Notes: generated by a model not told the origin, from the sequence alone. 64,000 bases of DNA from an uncultured virus (IMG/VR IMGVR_UViG_3300030339_000028) (IMGVR_UViG_3300030339_000028); one strand, 5' to 3'. Shown: positions 10,206-20,360, counted from the first letter of the stretch. Translations and numbers: made by a program.

Positions 10206-10867
10206 ACTACTCAAACAAACCTATTCTAATTACCGGCATAGAAAGATCAGGATCTACCATTGTTGCTAAAATTATTGAGTCTTGTGGTGTGTTTACAGGA
10301 TGTACCACAAAGATGCATGAAAATCATTCAATTAAAACTTTGGTAAGTCATTTGTACGGAGACAATAATTTAGATCCAAGAGGACAGTTTCCAATACCAG
10401 AACAACCGTACATTAACCTATATACCCATAATTGGAAGTCTACTATTAAAAAGATTCTTGACAGAGAAGGGTATAAAGGAGATAATCTCTGGTTGTATAA
10501 AAGTTCAAGAATTGGACAAACATGGCCGGTGTGGAATAATTTATATCCTGAAGCCAAGTGGATTGTAGTTAGGCGTAGAACAGGCGATATCGTGCAAAGT
10601 TGTATTAAAACAGGCTTTATGTCTGCTTTTAAAGATAAAGCCAATCTTCAAAAGGTAAATGCAGCGAATGAGGCTGACGGTTGGCTGTGGTGGGTACACG
10701 AGCAGGAAAACCGTTTTGTAGAGATGGTAGATGCTGGTTTAAACTGTAAAGTGATATGGCCGGAGAGAATGCGAGACGGGGATTTTGAACAAATGTATGA
10801 AATAATAAATTGGCTAGGATTAACAATACCTCCAAATTTTGAAGAGCAAGTTAAAAAACTATTCTAA
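10202..10867 (+). CDS. Sulfotransferase-family protein
   Basis: PILITGIERSGSTIV (5'-PSB motif) and YPEAKWIVVRR...IVQS (3'-PB motif). Confidence 0.75.
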   Translation: MNYSNKPILITGIERSGSTIVAKIIESCGVFTGCTTKMHENHSIKTLVSHLYGDNNLDPRGQFPIPEQPYINLYTHNWKSTIKKILDREGYKGDNLWLYKSSRIGQTWPVWNNLYPEAKWIVVRRRTGDIVQSCIKTGFMSAFKDKANLQKVNAANEADGWLWWVHEQENRFVEMVDAGLNCKVIWPERMRDGDFEQMYEIINWLGLTIPPNFEEQVKKLF

Positions 10868-10878
10868 TAATACACAAC

Positions 10879-11244
10879 ATGGCAGCAAGAGTAACAGCAA
10901 AAGAGGTAAGAGCAATTTTAGACAATACAGAATTGTCTGATCCGCAGATAGGGTATTACATAACTTCTGCGAATACTTTGGTAAATTCAGTATTAGGTTT
11001 AGGAACTACAGATATCCTAAAAGAAATTGAACGCTGGTTTACTGCTCACATGATTGCATGTACCAGAGAAAGGATGGCAATTAAAGAAGGAGCAGGCGGC
11101 GCTTCAATAACATACACTGGCAAATATGAAGAAGGATTAAAATCTACTCCATATGGACAGATGGTTTTAACTCTTGACACAACCGGTTTAATGGCTGCTC
11201 AAGACGGAAAAAAGGTAGCTACCATTTATGCAATAAAATCCTAA
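10879..11244 (+). CDS. Head-tail adaptor (DUF4054-like)
   Basis: FTAH and LKSTPYGQ motifs; size and position. Confidence 0.75.
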   Translation: MAARVTAKEVRAILDNTELSDPQIGYYITSANTLVNSVLGLGTTDILKEIERWFTAHMIACTRERMAIKEGAGGASITYTGKYEEGLKSTPYGQMVLTLDTTGLMAAQDGKKVATIYAIKS

Positions 11245-11247
11245 GCT

Positions 11248-11634
11248 ATGAGTATCACTAGCTTCATAAAGAAAGTATGTGTCCAGACTGCTGTGTATTG
11301 GGGAAACCCAACAAAAGACGGTTATGGCAATGCTACATTTGATGAACCGATAGAAATCAAATGCAGATGGGAAGACATGCAAAGAACATTTGTTGATCCT
11401 AAAGGAAAAGAACAAACCTCTAAAGCCTCTATTTTGGTAACACAAGATTTAGATTTTGAAGGTTGGTTATTTTTAGGAACACTTTCTGATTTATCAATAT
11501 ACCCGTCGTTAGCTAATCCTAAAGACATTTTTGGAGCCTATGAGATTGTTGCCATTGACAAAATACCAATGATAAAATCAAATAAAGTATTTGTCAGAAC
11601 ATTGTTTTTAGGATTCAAGAATCTAAATAACTAA
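11248..11634 (+). CDS. Head closure/stopper protein
   Basis: DGYGNATF..P.EIKCRWE motif; position. Confidence 0.7.
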   Translation: MSITSFIKKVCVQTAVYWGNPTKDGYGNATFDEPIEIKCRWEDMQRTFVDPKGKEQTSKASILVTQDLDFEGWLFLGTLSDLSIYPSLANPKDIFGAYEIVAIDKIPMIKSNKVFVRTLFLGFKNLNN

Positions 11635-11638
11635 CACC

Positions 11639-12031
11639 ATGCCTCAAGGAATCTCAGGAGCAAGTATAAGAGGGTTTGAACAAGTTATTTCAAACTTCAA
11701 TAAGGAGGTTATAGCTTTAAAAGACAGGAATGCAAAAGGCTTGCAGAAAATGGCTAAATTTATCAGAAGGGATATGGACAACACCATTCCTTTGATTCCT
11801 GTAGATTTAGGAAACCTAAGAGATAGCTGGCAGCAACATTCTATCACAGTGAACAGAGAACATGGTATAGAGATGGGATTTTACGCCAGTTATGCTCTTT
11901 GGGTACATGAAATGCTTGGTGCAGTAAATTGGACAAGACCTGGATCCGGACCTAAATTCTTTGAACAAGCAATAATGAGAAATTGGGATGTACTATTACA
12001 AATAATTGCATCAGAAACAAAAATACCATAA
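11639..12031 (+). CDS. Neck protein (HK97 gp10 / minor capsid-like)
   Basis: PVDLGNLRDS, YALWVHE and PKFFEQA motifs. Confidence 0.75.
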   Translation: MPQGISGASIRGFEQVISNFNKEVIALKDRNAKGLQKMAKFIRRDMDNTIPLIPVDLGNLRDSWQQHSITVNREHGIEMGFYASYALWVHEMLGAVNWTRPGSGPKFFEQAIMRNWDVLLQIIASETKIP

Positions 12032-12035
12032 AGAC

Positions 12036-12431
12036 ATGAACTCAGCCTCAGAAGATATAAAAGATATGTTAGTAGCAGAATCTGATCTAGGATTAGTATT
12101 CGCTACAAATTTGTTCATAGGACAAGAACCTGCAAAACCTTCTGAGACAGCAACTTTATTTGACTACTCAGTGATTCCGCCTCAGTTAACCCTAGATGGG
12201 GCAGGAATAGATAATCCATCTGTACAAGTTAGGGTAAGATCGACAGATTATCAAAAAGGATGGATTTTGGCAGAAATTATAAAGAACTCACTTCACGGCC
12301 GGGCACAAGAGACGTGGAATGGGACTTTATATTCTGTAATATACTGCTCCAGCGGACCAGCACTACTGGATTGGGATGAGAATAACCGGCCTCGTTTTAT
12401 TGTAAACTTTAATATTCAACGTAGATCATGA
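12036..12431 (+). CDS. Tail terminator (minor capsid family)
   Basis: ATG at 12036 preferred over TTG at 12006; PSVQVRVRS and DENNRPRFIVNF motifs. Confidence 0.75.
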   Translation: MNSASEDIKDMLVAESDLGLVFATNLFIGQEPAKPSETATLFDYSVIPPQLTLDGAGIDNPSVQVRVRSTDYQKGWILAEIIKNSLHGRAQETWNGTLYSVIYCSSGPALLDWDENNRPRFIVNFNIQRRS

Positions 12432-13039
12432 GTTCTGGAATTTATCAGATAAGGAATTTGGTAAACGGTAAACGGTATATTGGAAGCTCTTTAAATATTG
12501 AGAGAAGATGGAAACATCATTTGCAATGTTTAAAATTCAGTTATTCTAATAAGGTGTTACAAAAAGACTGGGATTTGTATGGTGCAGATGCTTTTGTTTT
12601 TGAAGTTCTGATTTACTGTGAACCTGATGAATTATTGTTAAAAGAACAGAAACGAATTGATCATTACAAAACACTTAGTCCCAATGGGTATAATAGATGT
12701 CCAATTGCAGGCAGTTGTGCAGGTGTTAAACATTCTGAAGAATACAAAAGAAATTTAAGTGAAAAATTAAAAGGAAACACAAATGGTCTAAATAACAAAG
12801 GCAAAGTGATTTCTGAAGAAACTAAACTTAAAATGTCTATAGCAGCTTCTTCAAGAAAAATATCTGGTATGTCAGGAAGAAAGCATTCTGAAGAATCCAA
12901 ACTTAAAATGTCTTTTTTAAAATTAGGAACTTCTAGTAAACGTAAAGGAAGCACTCTTTCTGAAGAAACTAAGCAAAAGATGAGGGATTCTCATAAAGGA
13001 CATAATCTTGGGATGAAGTATTGTAAGTATCCTTATTAA
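12428..13039 (+). CDS. Free-standing GIY-YIG homing endonuclease with NUMOD3 repeats
   Basis: SGIYQIRNLVNGKRYIGSS; repeated (H/I/L)SEETK.KM motifs. Confidence 0.9.
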   Translation: MSSGIYQIRNLVNGKRYIGSSLNIERRWKHHLQCLKFSYSNKVLQKDWDLYGADAFVFEVLIYCEPDELLLKEQKRIDHYKTLSPNGYNRCPIAGSCAGVKHSEEYKRNLSEKLKGNTNGLNNKGKVISEETKLKMSIAASSRKISGMSGRKHSEESKLKMSFLKLGTSSKRKGSTLSEETKQKMRDSHKGHNLGMKYCKYPY

Positions 13040-13081
13040 TTTTTACAAAATTTAATTTTTTAAAGAAAAGGAGAATATCAA

Positions 13082-13519
13082 ATGACGAAAGCATTTAGTG
13101 GTGTAGGAACTATTTTTCAGAAATGGAATGGCTCTGATTGGGTTGTCATTTCTGAGATTACTTCTATCAAAGGACCCGGCTTCAAAAGGGATCCGATCGA
13201 AGTAACAAACATGGACAGTACCGGAGGGTATAAAGAGTACATTGCAGGATTTCGTGACTCAGGGACAATCTCTTTGTCAATGAACTTCTCTCGTGATGGC
13301 TTTGATGCCTTGAAAGCAGACTTTGAAACTGATGAACTTCAGAACTACGAAATTGTTCTTGGGGATGCTGTAAAAACATCTTTTGAGTTCCAAGGGATGG
13401 TGACAGAACTTCCATTAACAATTAGTGCAAAAGAAGCAGTGACACTTGATGTTACTATTCAAATCAGTGGTGTTGTAACTTGTAACTCTGGACAAGAATC
13501 AAGCTCTCCAGGTGCATAA
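13082..13519 (+). CDS. Major tail (tube) protein, lambda gpV / TP901-1-like
   Basis: IEVTNMDS.GGYKEYIAGFRDSG and FEFQGMVT...IQISG motifs; strong RBS. Confidence 0.85.
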   Translation: MTKAFSGVGTIFQKWNGSDWVVISEITSIKGPGFKRDPIEVTNMDSTGGYKEYIAGFRDSGTISLSMNFSRDGFDALKADFETDELQNYEIVLGDAVKTSFEFQGMVTELPLTISAKEAVTLDVTIQISGVVTCNSGQESSSPGA

Positions 13520-13573
13520 TTAATTCAGTCCTAATCACGGATTTTTAAACATTAATCAAAAAAATTACTAATC

Positions 13574-14002
13574 ATGGGAAATTTATTGAACCGCAAAAGT
13601 TTACTGGCTAAAGAAAAGCTGGAGATCGTTAAAGTTGATTTAGGCAAAGATGATTTTGTCTATGTGCGTCAAATGACTGGAAGAGAAAGAGACACATTTG
13701 AGCAATCGTTGATCAAAGAAACAAAAGATGCCAAAGGAAATGTTGTAAGTTATGACAGATCCTTGACTGACTTCCGTGCAAAATTATCAGTGGTTACATT
13801 GTGTGATGAAAAAGGAGTATTGATTCTGGAACCAGAGGATTACCCAACATTATCACAAAACATGTCCGCAGCACGTTTGGAAAAGATTGTCAACGAAGCT
13901 CAGAAACTAAATAAAATCTCGGAAGAGGATGCGGAGGAGTTAGTAAAAAACTCCGTGGCCGGCCAACCCGGCGCTTCTATTTCAGACTCTGTCGTGAATT
14001 AG
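13574..14002 (+). CDS. Tail assembly chaperone (gpG-like)
   Basis: VYVRQMTGRERD..E motif; between tail tube and tape measure genes; slippery site near its 3' end. Confidence 0.85.
   Translation: MGNLLNRKSLLAKEKLEIVKVDLGKDDFVYVRQMTGRERDTFEQSLIKETKDAKGNVVSYDRSLTDFRAKLSVVTLCDEKGVLILEPEDYPTLSQNMSAARLEKIVNEAQKLNKISEEDAEELVKNSVAGQPGASISDSVVN
13945..13972 (+). promoter_or_regulatory. -1 programmed frameshift site A AAA AAC with downstream hairpin
   Basis: In-frame GTA AAA AAC (13943-13951) followed by GCCGG-CCAAC-CCGGC; the -1 frame stays open into ORF 14026..14361. Confidence 0.85.
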
Positions 14003-14361
14003 GCTATCCACATCCTGATCATTTATTGAATGAATTAACCTCTGCTCAGATTAGTGAGTGGGTTGCATACGATAAACTTGATCCTATAGGAACGTGGAGA
14101 GATGATTTTCGATTTGCTCAGATGCAAGCATTTATTTCCAATATAATGAATGCAATGTATCACAAAGAGGGAGAAGAACCTACTATTGTACAACCAATTG
14201 AGTATATGCCTGTTTGGAATGAAGAAGATAGAGTCGAAAAAGAACCAGAAGTTCAATCTGTAGATGATATGCTTTCAACCATGTTAGGTATTGCTAAAAG
14301 GCAGAATGCAAAAGTAGCTTATAAAAGAACAACACCACCGATAAATAAAGACACAAAATGA
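13951..14361 (+). CDS. Tail assembly chaperone frameshift extension (gpT-like)
   Basis: -1 frame reads LRGRPTRRFYFRLCRELGYPHPDHLLNELTSAQISEW..., a typical gpT-like sequence with no independent RBS. Confidence 0.8.
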   Translation, partial: LRGRPTRRFYFRLCRELGYPHPDHLLNELTSAQISEWVAYDKLDPIGTWRDDFRFAQMQAFISNIMNAMYHKEGEEPTIVQPIEYMPVWNEEDRVEKEPEVQSVDDMLSTMLGIAKRQNAKVAYKRTTPPINKDTK

Positions 14362-17300
14362 ACATAGGACAACTTATAGTGACATTGGGTGTAGACACCT
14401 CTGGACTGAATACTGCAACCGCAGCATTGCAGAACTTTCAAAGAACAGCAACCACCAACATGAATAATGTTTCTGCTGTATTAGAAAGAACATCCAATCA
14501 GTTCCAGAGATTCGGGAGTGCGGCTAACAGGTATTTAACTTTACCATTGTTAGCCGCAGGTGGTGCTGCTATTAAGATGGCTGCAGATTTAGAATACTCC
14601 ACTCAAAAAATTGTAGCTTTGGCAGGAGTAGGACAATCTCAAGTTGATGCATGGAAAGGTAAAATGATTGCATTAAGTAATGAAACAGGGGTTTCTCAAA
14701 AAAGTATTGCAGATACTTTGTACTATGTAGCATCGGCTGGTATTAAAGCGAAAGAAGCCTTAGAAATAACAGAAATTGCAGCAAAGGCATCTGCAGCCGG
14801 TTTAGGAGAAATGTCCGACATGGGGCGATTATTAACGTATGCCATTAACGCTTACGGCAAGGAGAATATTACTGCCGCTAGAGCTGCTGATGCGATTACC
14901 ATTGCTGTACGAGAAGGTACTGCTGAAGCATCTACTATGGTAAGTGTGATTGGTGACTTGATTCCTGTGGCTGCTGCTATGGGAGTTTCCTTTGATCAAG
15001 TCACAGGTTCTGTTGCTGCAATGACAAGAACAGGTTTCAATGCTCATAAATCTGCTACTGCATTGAGGCAGATTATGGTGTCTTTATTACATCCAACTGT
15101 AGAATCAAAAAGAGCGTTAGACACATGGTCTAAAGCATTAAACGATTCAAGCTATACTGCCGAAGGTTTAAGAAAGACAATCAGAGAAAAAGGATTGATC
15201 GAAGCATTGATCAAAATTGATAATTTAACAAAGCAATTTGGAGAATCTGCTGCTGGCATAGTATTTGGTAATGTCAGAGCATTGACTGGGGATTTGTCCT
15301 TAGTTGGAAAGAACATGGAAGCTGTCTACGAGATCATCCAAAAATCTAAAAATGAGACAGGTGCTTTTGCTACTGCATTTAGTATAATGACAGGAACTTC
15401 CACGTTCAAATTAACACAACTTCGTTCAGCATTACAAAATACATTTATTGGATTAGGTCAATCTATGCTTACTCCATTGAATTCTGTTTTGGAAGATTTA
15501 ATTGATATTCTTAAAAATCTGACTACTTGGTGGAAAAACCTAAACACAACTACTCAAGAATGGATTATTAAATCTGCGGTTTTATTAGCTGCGGTAGGTC
15601 CAATTGCTATGGCTTTTGCAGGTTTGATTAAGATTTACTCTGGAATGAGAATAGTGCTACTTCTTACCGTAGATGCTTTCATATTATTAAAAACAGTTTC
15701 TGCCGTAGCTTTTCAAGCAATCATAGTAGGAGCAAAGGCAGCCTTTGCAGCATTGGTTATGAATCCAGAATTACTTGTATTGGTAACTGGATTAGGTATT
15801 GCTTTTGGAGGATTAGCTATTGCAATGAGTCGGGCAAAAGAAAAAGCTACAGAATTGACAGCTACCCAAAAAATGTTATTGGATATTGATTCTCAGGCTT
15901 TGCAATCTACAGTAAATGAAAGGATAGAAATTGAAAAATTATTATCTATTGTCAAAAGTGAATATTCTACCAAACAAGATAAGGCTGCTGCAATCAAACA
16001 ATTGAATGCAATGAGCCCTACCTATTTAGGTGCAATAACGGAAGAACAAGTCTTAACGGGAAAAGCCACTTCTGCCATAGACACATACATTGAAAGTCTA
16101 AGAAAAAAAGCTACCGCTCAAGCTTCTCAAGAAATGTGGGTAGAGGAAGAAAAAAGAAGGATTGCAAATTTATCAGCAGCACAAAAAGGAGATTTTAGAT
16201 ATCAAGATGTTAAAAAGGTTGCAGGTACTTTTCCTGCAATGATGGTTACCATAGGTGCATTTAAAGTAAATGAATCAGGTAAAAAAGCTATCTCTGATTT
16301 GATCAATAGAGAAGCTACAGACAATATCATGGCATTGCAAGGTAATGTTTTTGCAGCTTTCACATCCAATGAGAATCTGGTTGATTCCATGAAGACTTTA
16401 AAATCTACCTTGGATGCGATTAGCACAATAAAACCTAAGGATTTAGATGCTGCTGAAATTGATGATTTAAGGAAGCGTATTGACACCCAAATAGGACAAG
16501 AAATTGCATACACAGGTACAATAAAAGAAGAATTAGATAAAAGACTATCTTACGACTCAAAACTTCAAGAACTCAAGAAGAGTTTGGTTAATGCTGAAGT
16601 AGCTACCACAACCGCAGCATACAAGGCAGGTATTGCTAAACAGATACAAGATAGGAAAGATGCTATTACTCAAGAGTATCAATTAAAATATAATGCCAAT
16701 CAACAAGATTTAAAATTGTTGTCTGGATGGTCTGTGTCTGTTGATAATATGATTAAATCCATGCCTGAGAAAAGTCTTGGATTAGGTGATCCTGGAAAAT
16801 CAAAAGACAGGCTTACAGAATTACAGGAGTTGATGAAAACAGCTTCTGGAGAAAGACTAAATCAACTTGCTAATGAATGGCTTGGATTAGAATCTGTCCG
16901 ATTAAAACAAGAGGAGTTGATAGATCAGGCTATTTACTTGGCAAAGATTAATGCAGAAGGAGACAACTATTCTTCTTACAAGCTTGCGGACTCTTTTGAT
17001 TGGAAAGGTTCTGGTATGTCTAACAACATAGATCTAACAGGACATGGTGTACTAGGAACTCAAGCAGGATTAAAAACTCCAACAAACGAACCGTCCTTCT
17101 CAGGCATGTTTGGTCCTGCCGTAGACTCTACACCTATAGATACTAAGAAATTAGTAATCATGAAGATGTTGACTGCAGAACAAATAAAGCAGTTGGCATT
17201 GGCAGGAGTTGCTGCTGACAAAGAACAAAAATTAACGGCATGGTGGGATAAGCAAAGAGAATTAAAAAAAGGAAGTTATGCTCAAATAGCCAGAGAAGTA

Positions 17301-17837
17301 CAAAGGTATTCTCAAGGTATAAATGATTTATTGAGTGCATATTCTTCATTGATGGATGCCAAAAAGAACAAGGCATTTGCCGCCATAGATGCTATTGCGA
17401 AAGCAGATCATAAATCAGCTAAATGGGTTGCAAGAGAAAAAGAACGTATTGAACATGAATACGCTAAAAAGTCAAAAGCGGTTGCAGTTGCTCAGGCATT
17501 GATAAATACAGCGGTTGCAGTTACAATGGCATTGTCCTCAGCCCCACCTCCTTTCAACTTAATTCTAGCTGCAATGTCAGCCGCTGCAGGCGCGATGCAA
17601 GTTGCAGCAATAAAAGCTACGCCTATGGCAAACGGAGGTACGATACCGGCTGGATATCCTAACGACAGTTACCCAGCAATGTTAACCTCAGGTGAGACGG
17701 TAGTCCCTCCAGGAAAATTACCTAACTTCCAAAATGCCCAAAGAGAACTAAAGTTTAAACCACTTGTATTTGAATTAGATGGAAGAATAATTCGTGCGGC
17801 GTTAGAATTGGAAAATGAATTTGTAAAATCTTTCTAA
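14358..17837 (+). CDS. Tape measure protein (TP901 core)
   Basis: 1159 aa, Ala-rich and helical, MNIGQLIVTLGVD start, internal hydrophobic segments, C-terminal MANGG...AMLTSGETVVP. Confidence 0.92.
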   Translation: MNIGQLIVTLGVDTSGLNTATAALQNFQRTATTNMNNVSAVLERTSNQFQRFGSAANRYLTLPLLAAGGAAIKMAADLEYSTQKIVALAGVGQSQVDAWKGKMIALSNETGVSQKSIADTLYYVASAGIKAKEALEITEIAAKASAAGLGEMSDMGRLLTYAINAYGKENITAARAADAITIAVREGTAEASTMVSVIGDLIPVAAAMGVSFDQVTGSVAAMTRTGFNAHKSATALRQIMVSLLHPTVESKRALDTWSKALNDSSYTAEGLRKTIREKGLIEALIKIDNLTKQFGESAAGIVFGNVRALTGDLSLVGKNMEAVYEIIQKSKNETGAFATAFSIMTGTSTFKLTQLRSALQNTFIGLGQSMLTPLNSVLEDLIDILKNLTTWWKNLNTTTQEWIIKSAVLLAAVGPIAMAFAGLIKIYSGMRIVLLLTVDAFILLKTVSAVAFQAIIVGAKAAFAALVMNPELLVLVTGLGIAFGGLAIAMSRAKEKATELTATQKMLLDIDSQALQSTVNERIEIEKLLSIVKSEYSTKQDKAAAIKQLNAMSPTYLGAITEEQVLTGKATSAIDTYIESLRKKATAQASQEMWVEEEKRRIANLSAAQKGDFRYQDVKKVAGTFPAMMVTIGAFKVNESGKKAISDLINREATDNIMALQGNVFAAFTSNENLVDSMKTLKSTLDAISTIKPKDLDAAEIDDLRKRIDTQIGQEIAYTGTIKEELDKRLSYDSKLQELKKSLVNAEVATTTAAYKAGIAKQIQDRKDAITQEYQLKYNANQQDLKLLSGWSVSVDNMIKSMPEKSLGLGDPGKSKDRLTELQELMKTASGERLNQLANEWLGLESVRLKQEELIDQAIYLAKINAEGDNYSSYKLADSFDWKGSGMSNNIDLTGHGVLGTQAGLKTPTNEPSFSGMFGPAVDSTPIDTKKLVIMKMLTAEQIKQLALAGVAADKEQKLTAWWDKQRELKKGSYAQIAREVQRYSQGINDLLSAYSSLMDAKKNKAFAAIDAIAKADHKSAKWVAREKERIEHEYAKKSKAVAVAQALINTAVAVTMALSSAPPPFNLILAAMSAAAGAMQVAAIKATPMANGGTIPAGYPNDSYPAMLTSGETVVPPGKLPNFQNAQRELKFKPLVFELDGRIIRAALELENEFVKSF

Positions 17838-17838
17838 G

Positions 17839-20349
17839 ATGGCTTACGGAAATATATACTATGCAGAATGGGCTACACCTAAAAAACAAGGATATCTTTA
17901 TATTGATAAACTTGATTATGTGGGTGAGGCTTCTAAGTTGCAGTTGTTGGGAAATGGATTCTACATCTCTACAAATACTCAAGAGTGTATTATTGGGGCT
18001 AATGCAGAGTTTGAAATTTTTAATGATAAAATAAATCCTTTTGATTTAGATCCTTTGTTAATAGCTAAGGAACGAGAATACAAGATTAGGATTGAGGTCA
18101 TTAATCCTGTTACAGTATCTTTATTTGAAGGGTTTTTAAACTGTAATCTAATTACTCAGAAATATCTGCATAGGCAGTCTATCAAATTTGTAGCCTCAAG
18201 TTATTTATCTAAATTGGATGATGATTTTCCTACCTTAGTAGATACTTTACAGAATGTGACATTTATTGATTTAATAGATCAGACTCTTCGAGGGACAGGA
18301 TCCTCATTTCCAATTTATGTCAACAATACCTTAAAAGCTGAAGGTGATGTTAAATCTTCAAGTCAAACCTGCTTTAATAAGAACGGCATTTTTACTGAGA
18401 TGTTTTGGACAGATGAGGCAGAGAAGAAGACAGGTTTTGAAATATTAAAAACTATTCTTATTTCATTTAATTGTAAACTGTATTGTGAAAACAAAATTTG
18501 GTATATTGAAAGACAGCAAGAAATTTGGGGTACTTCAATAAACTATGTTTCTTATAATTCTGAACAAACATATACACCAGTACAATCAGGAACAGTTGTT
18601 AATATTACCAAAACAGTATCTGATCTTCATTCACTTGTGTTTACTAATCAAAGTCAAACAAGAGGAGTCAATCCAGGATTAAAGACTGTTAAAATAACAT
18701 TGAATGATCAAAGGTATAACAGTCTTTCTAAAATAGATTTAGCTAACTTAATAGAAACAAATAATGCAGCACATGTTCCTGCAGTCAGAACCTGGGAAGC
18801 GTTTGATAATAGTGTCAATATAAATTGGTTAAATCCTGGCAAGTCTGTAGGAAGTATTAAAAATGCAGTACAGAGATCCTTATCTGCAGATGCTTTAAAT
18901 AAAGAAGAAGGACTAAAAACCACTTTTAAAATAACCGTTGTAAATGAAAATACAGTTCTTGAAGTATCTTTAAAATATCATATTGATAAGGTGTCTTATG
19001 CAAATATTGGTAAAATTGAAGACTTGATGTTCTCTTTCCATTGGTGGTTAAAAGTACTTGAGGAAGATCAATATGTTGAAGGACCTGTTGAAGATCCTGA
19101 CAGTTCTATTCAATCAGATGCTTGGACTTTAGCTACAGAAGGTTCTAATTTAGACGGATTGCAGTACATTGAAAATATATCAGGTACTGGATTTAATAAA
19201 GTAGACAATACATTAGATTTAAAAATCTCCATACCGATTGGAAAGGTTGAGACATTTATTAATGATTTGCCAGCAGGTTATTTACAAGGAGACAGAACCT
19301 TATTATTTTGTTTAGGTACGGAATCTGTTAGATATGAAGATGAGTATGACGTTGGAGACGAACAATATGTATCTTGGGCAGCATTTGGTGATATTTACAT
19401 AACAGAAACAGGAGACGATCAACCTAATATCATTACTGGCAAGATCGAAGAAAACTTTGTAAACAAAGAAGACATTTCTCTTGATGTATACGATTCCGAA
19501 AGTTACTCTTACCGCAATGCTATCCTTCGAGGAGACAGTTTAGAAAGCAGAACTGAACGATGGGGTATGTTGTCTGGTACTAATGAAATAAGAGAACGTG
19601 GTGTATGCTACGGACTTTCCACAGATCCTACAATAGCAGGAACCAAAGTAGTGGTGGGAACAGGATTTGGTGCTTTTGATGCAAGGATCGGAGGATTGGC
19701 AGAAGGAACGACTTACTATGCCAGAGCGTATGCAATAGATGGAGCAGGTACTGTGCATTATGGAGCATCCATTTCATTTACCACTTTAGAAATTGTCTTA
19801 GGAAAGTATTATGAAGGAGGAATCGTTGCATACTTTTTACAGCCTGGAGATGATGGTTACGAGGCAGGTGTAAAACATGGATTGATTGTGTCTATGTATA
19901 ATTTAAGTGAGGCAGTTGGTATAGGAGATATCACTGGAGGAGGTCCTTACACCAGTGATGCAAACAGATATGGGTTAGGAGATGGTCCAGCAAATACAGC
20001 AGGAATTCAAGCAAATACCAATCAAAATGTATATGGCATTCGTTTAATTACAGACTACAATACTAAAGAGGCAGGAGGCAGATCAGATTGGTTTTTGCCA
20101 AGTTGGCTCGAATTACAAAAGATTCTCTTCAATAAGATAATTGTTGGAGGATTTATTAATCATTACTATTGGACTTCTTCAGAACCAGCAGACGGAGATT
20201 TAGGATTATTTTCAAGTGAATGGAAATACGCTCATGCCATAGATGCATCTAAAGATAGTGGATCTATTCAATTTATACAAAGACTTAATTCTGATGGTTA
20301 TTGGAAGAAAACTCATAAGTTTGCAATTAGAGCGGTTCGTTCATTTTAA
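17839..20349 (+). CDS. Tail/baseplate protein with partial FN3-like domain and C-terminal DUF1566 (C-type lectin fold) domain
   Basis: Follows the tape measure gene; ERGVCY...GTTYYARAYA...SFTT (FN3-like); GGIVAY, DWFLPS..EL, YYWTSSE and IRAVRSF (DUF1566). Confidence 0.75.
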   Translation: MAYGNIYYAEWATPKKQGYLYIDKLDYVGEASKLQLLGNGFYISTNTQECIIGANAEFEIFNDKINPFDLDPLLIAKEREYKIRIEVINPVTVSLFEGFLNCNLITQKYLHRQSIKFVASSYLSKLDDDFPTLVDTLQNVTFIDLIDQTLRGTGSSFPIYVNNTLKAEGDVKSSSQTCFNKNGIFTEMFWTDEAEKKTGFEILKTILISFNCKLYCENKIWYIERQQEIWGTSINYVSYNSEQTYTPVQSGTVVNITKTVSDLHSLVFTNQSQTRGVNPGLKTVKITLNDQRYNSLSKIDLANLIETNNAAHVPAVRTWEAFDNSVNINWLNPGKSVGSIKNAVQRSLSADALNKEEGLKTTFKITVVNENTVLEVSLKYHIDKVSYANIGKIEDLMFSFHWWLKVLEEDQYVEGPVEDPDSSIQSDAWTLATEGSNLDGLQYIENISGTGFNKVDNTLDLKISIPIGKVETFINDLPAGYLQGDRTLLFCLGTESVRYEDEYDVGDEQYVSWAAFGDIYITETGDDQPNIITGKIEENFVNKEDISLDVYDSESYSYRNAILRGDSLESRTERWGMLSGTNEIRERGVCYGLSTDPTIAGTKVVVGTGFGAFDARIGGLAEGTTYYARAYAIDGAGTVHYGASISFTTLEIVLGKYYEGGIVAYFLQPGDDGYEAGVKHGLIVSMYNLSEAVGIGDITGGGPYTSDANRYGLGDGPANTAGIQANTNQNVYGIRLITDYNTKEAGGRSDWFLPSWLELQKILFNKIIVGGFINHYYWTSSEPADGDLGLFSSEWKYAHAIDASKDSGSIQFIQRLNSDGYWKKTHKFAIRAVRSF

Positions 20350-20360
20350 AAATAAATAAC

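Noticed and set aside
12428..13039. Intron-encoded status of the GIY-YIG endonuclease (also HNH 36002..36886)
   Set aside because: Flanking genes appear complete and there is no room for intron structure, so both are treated as free-standing.
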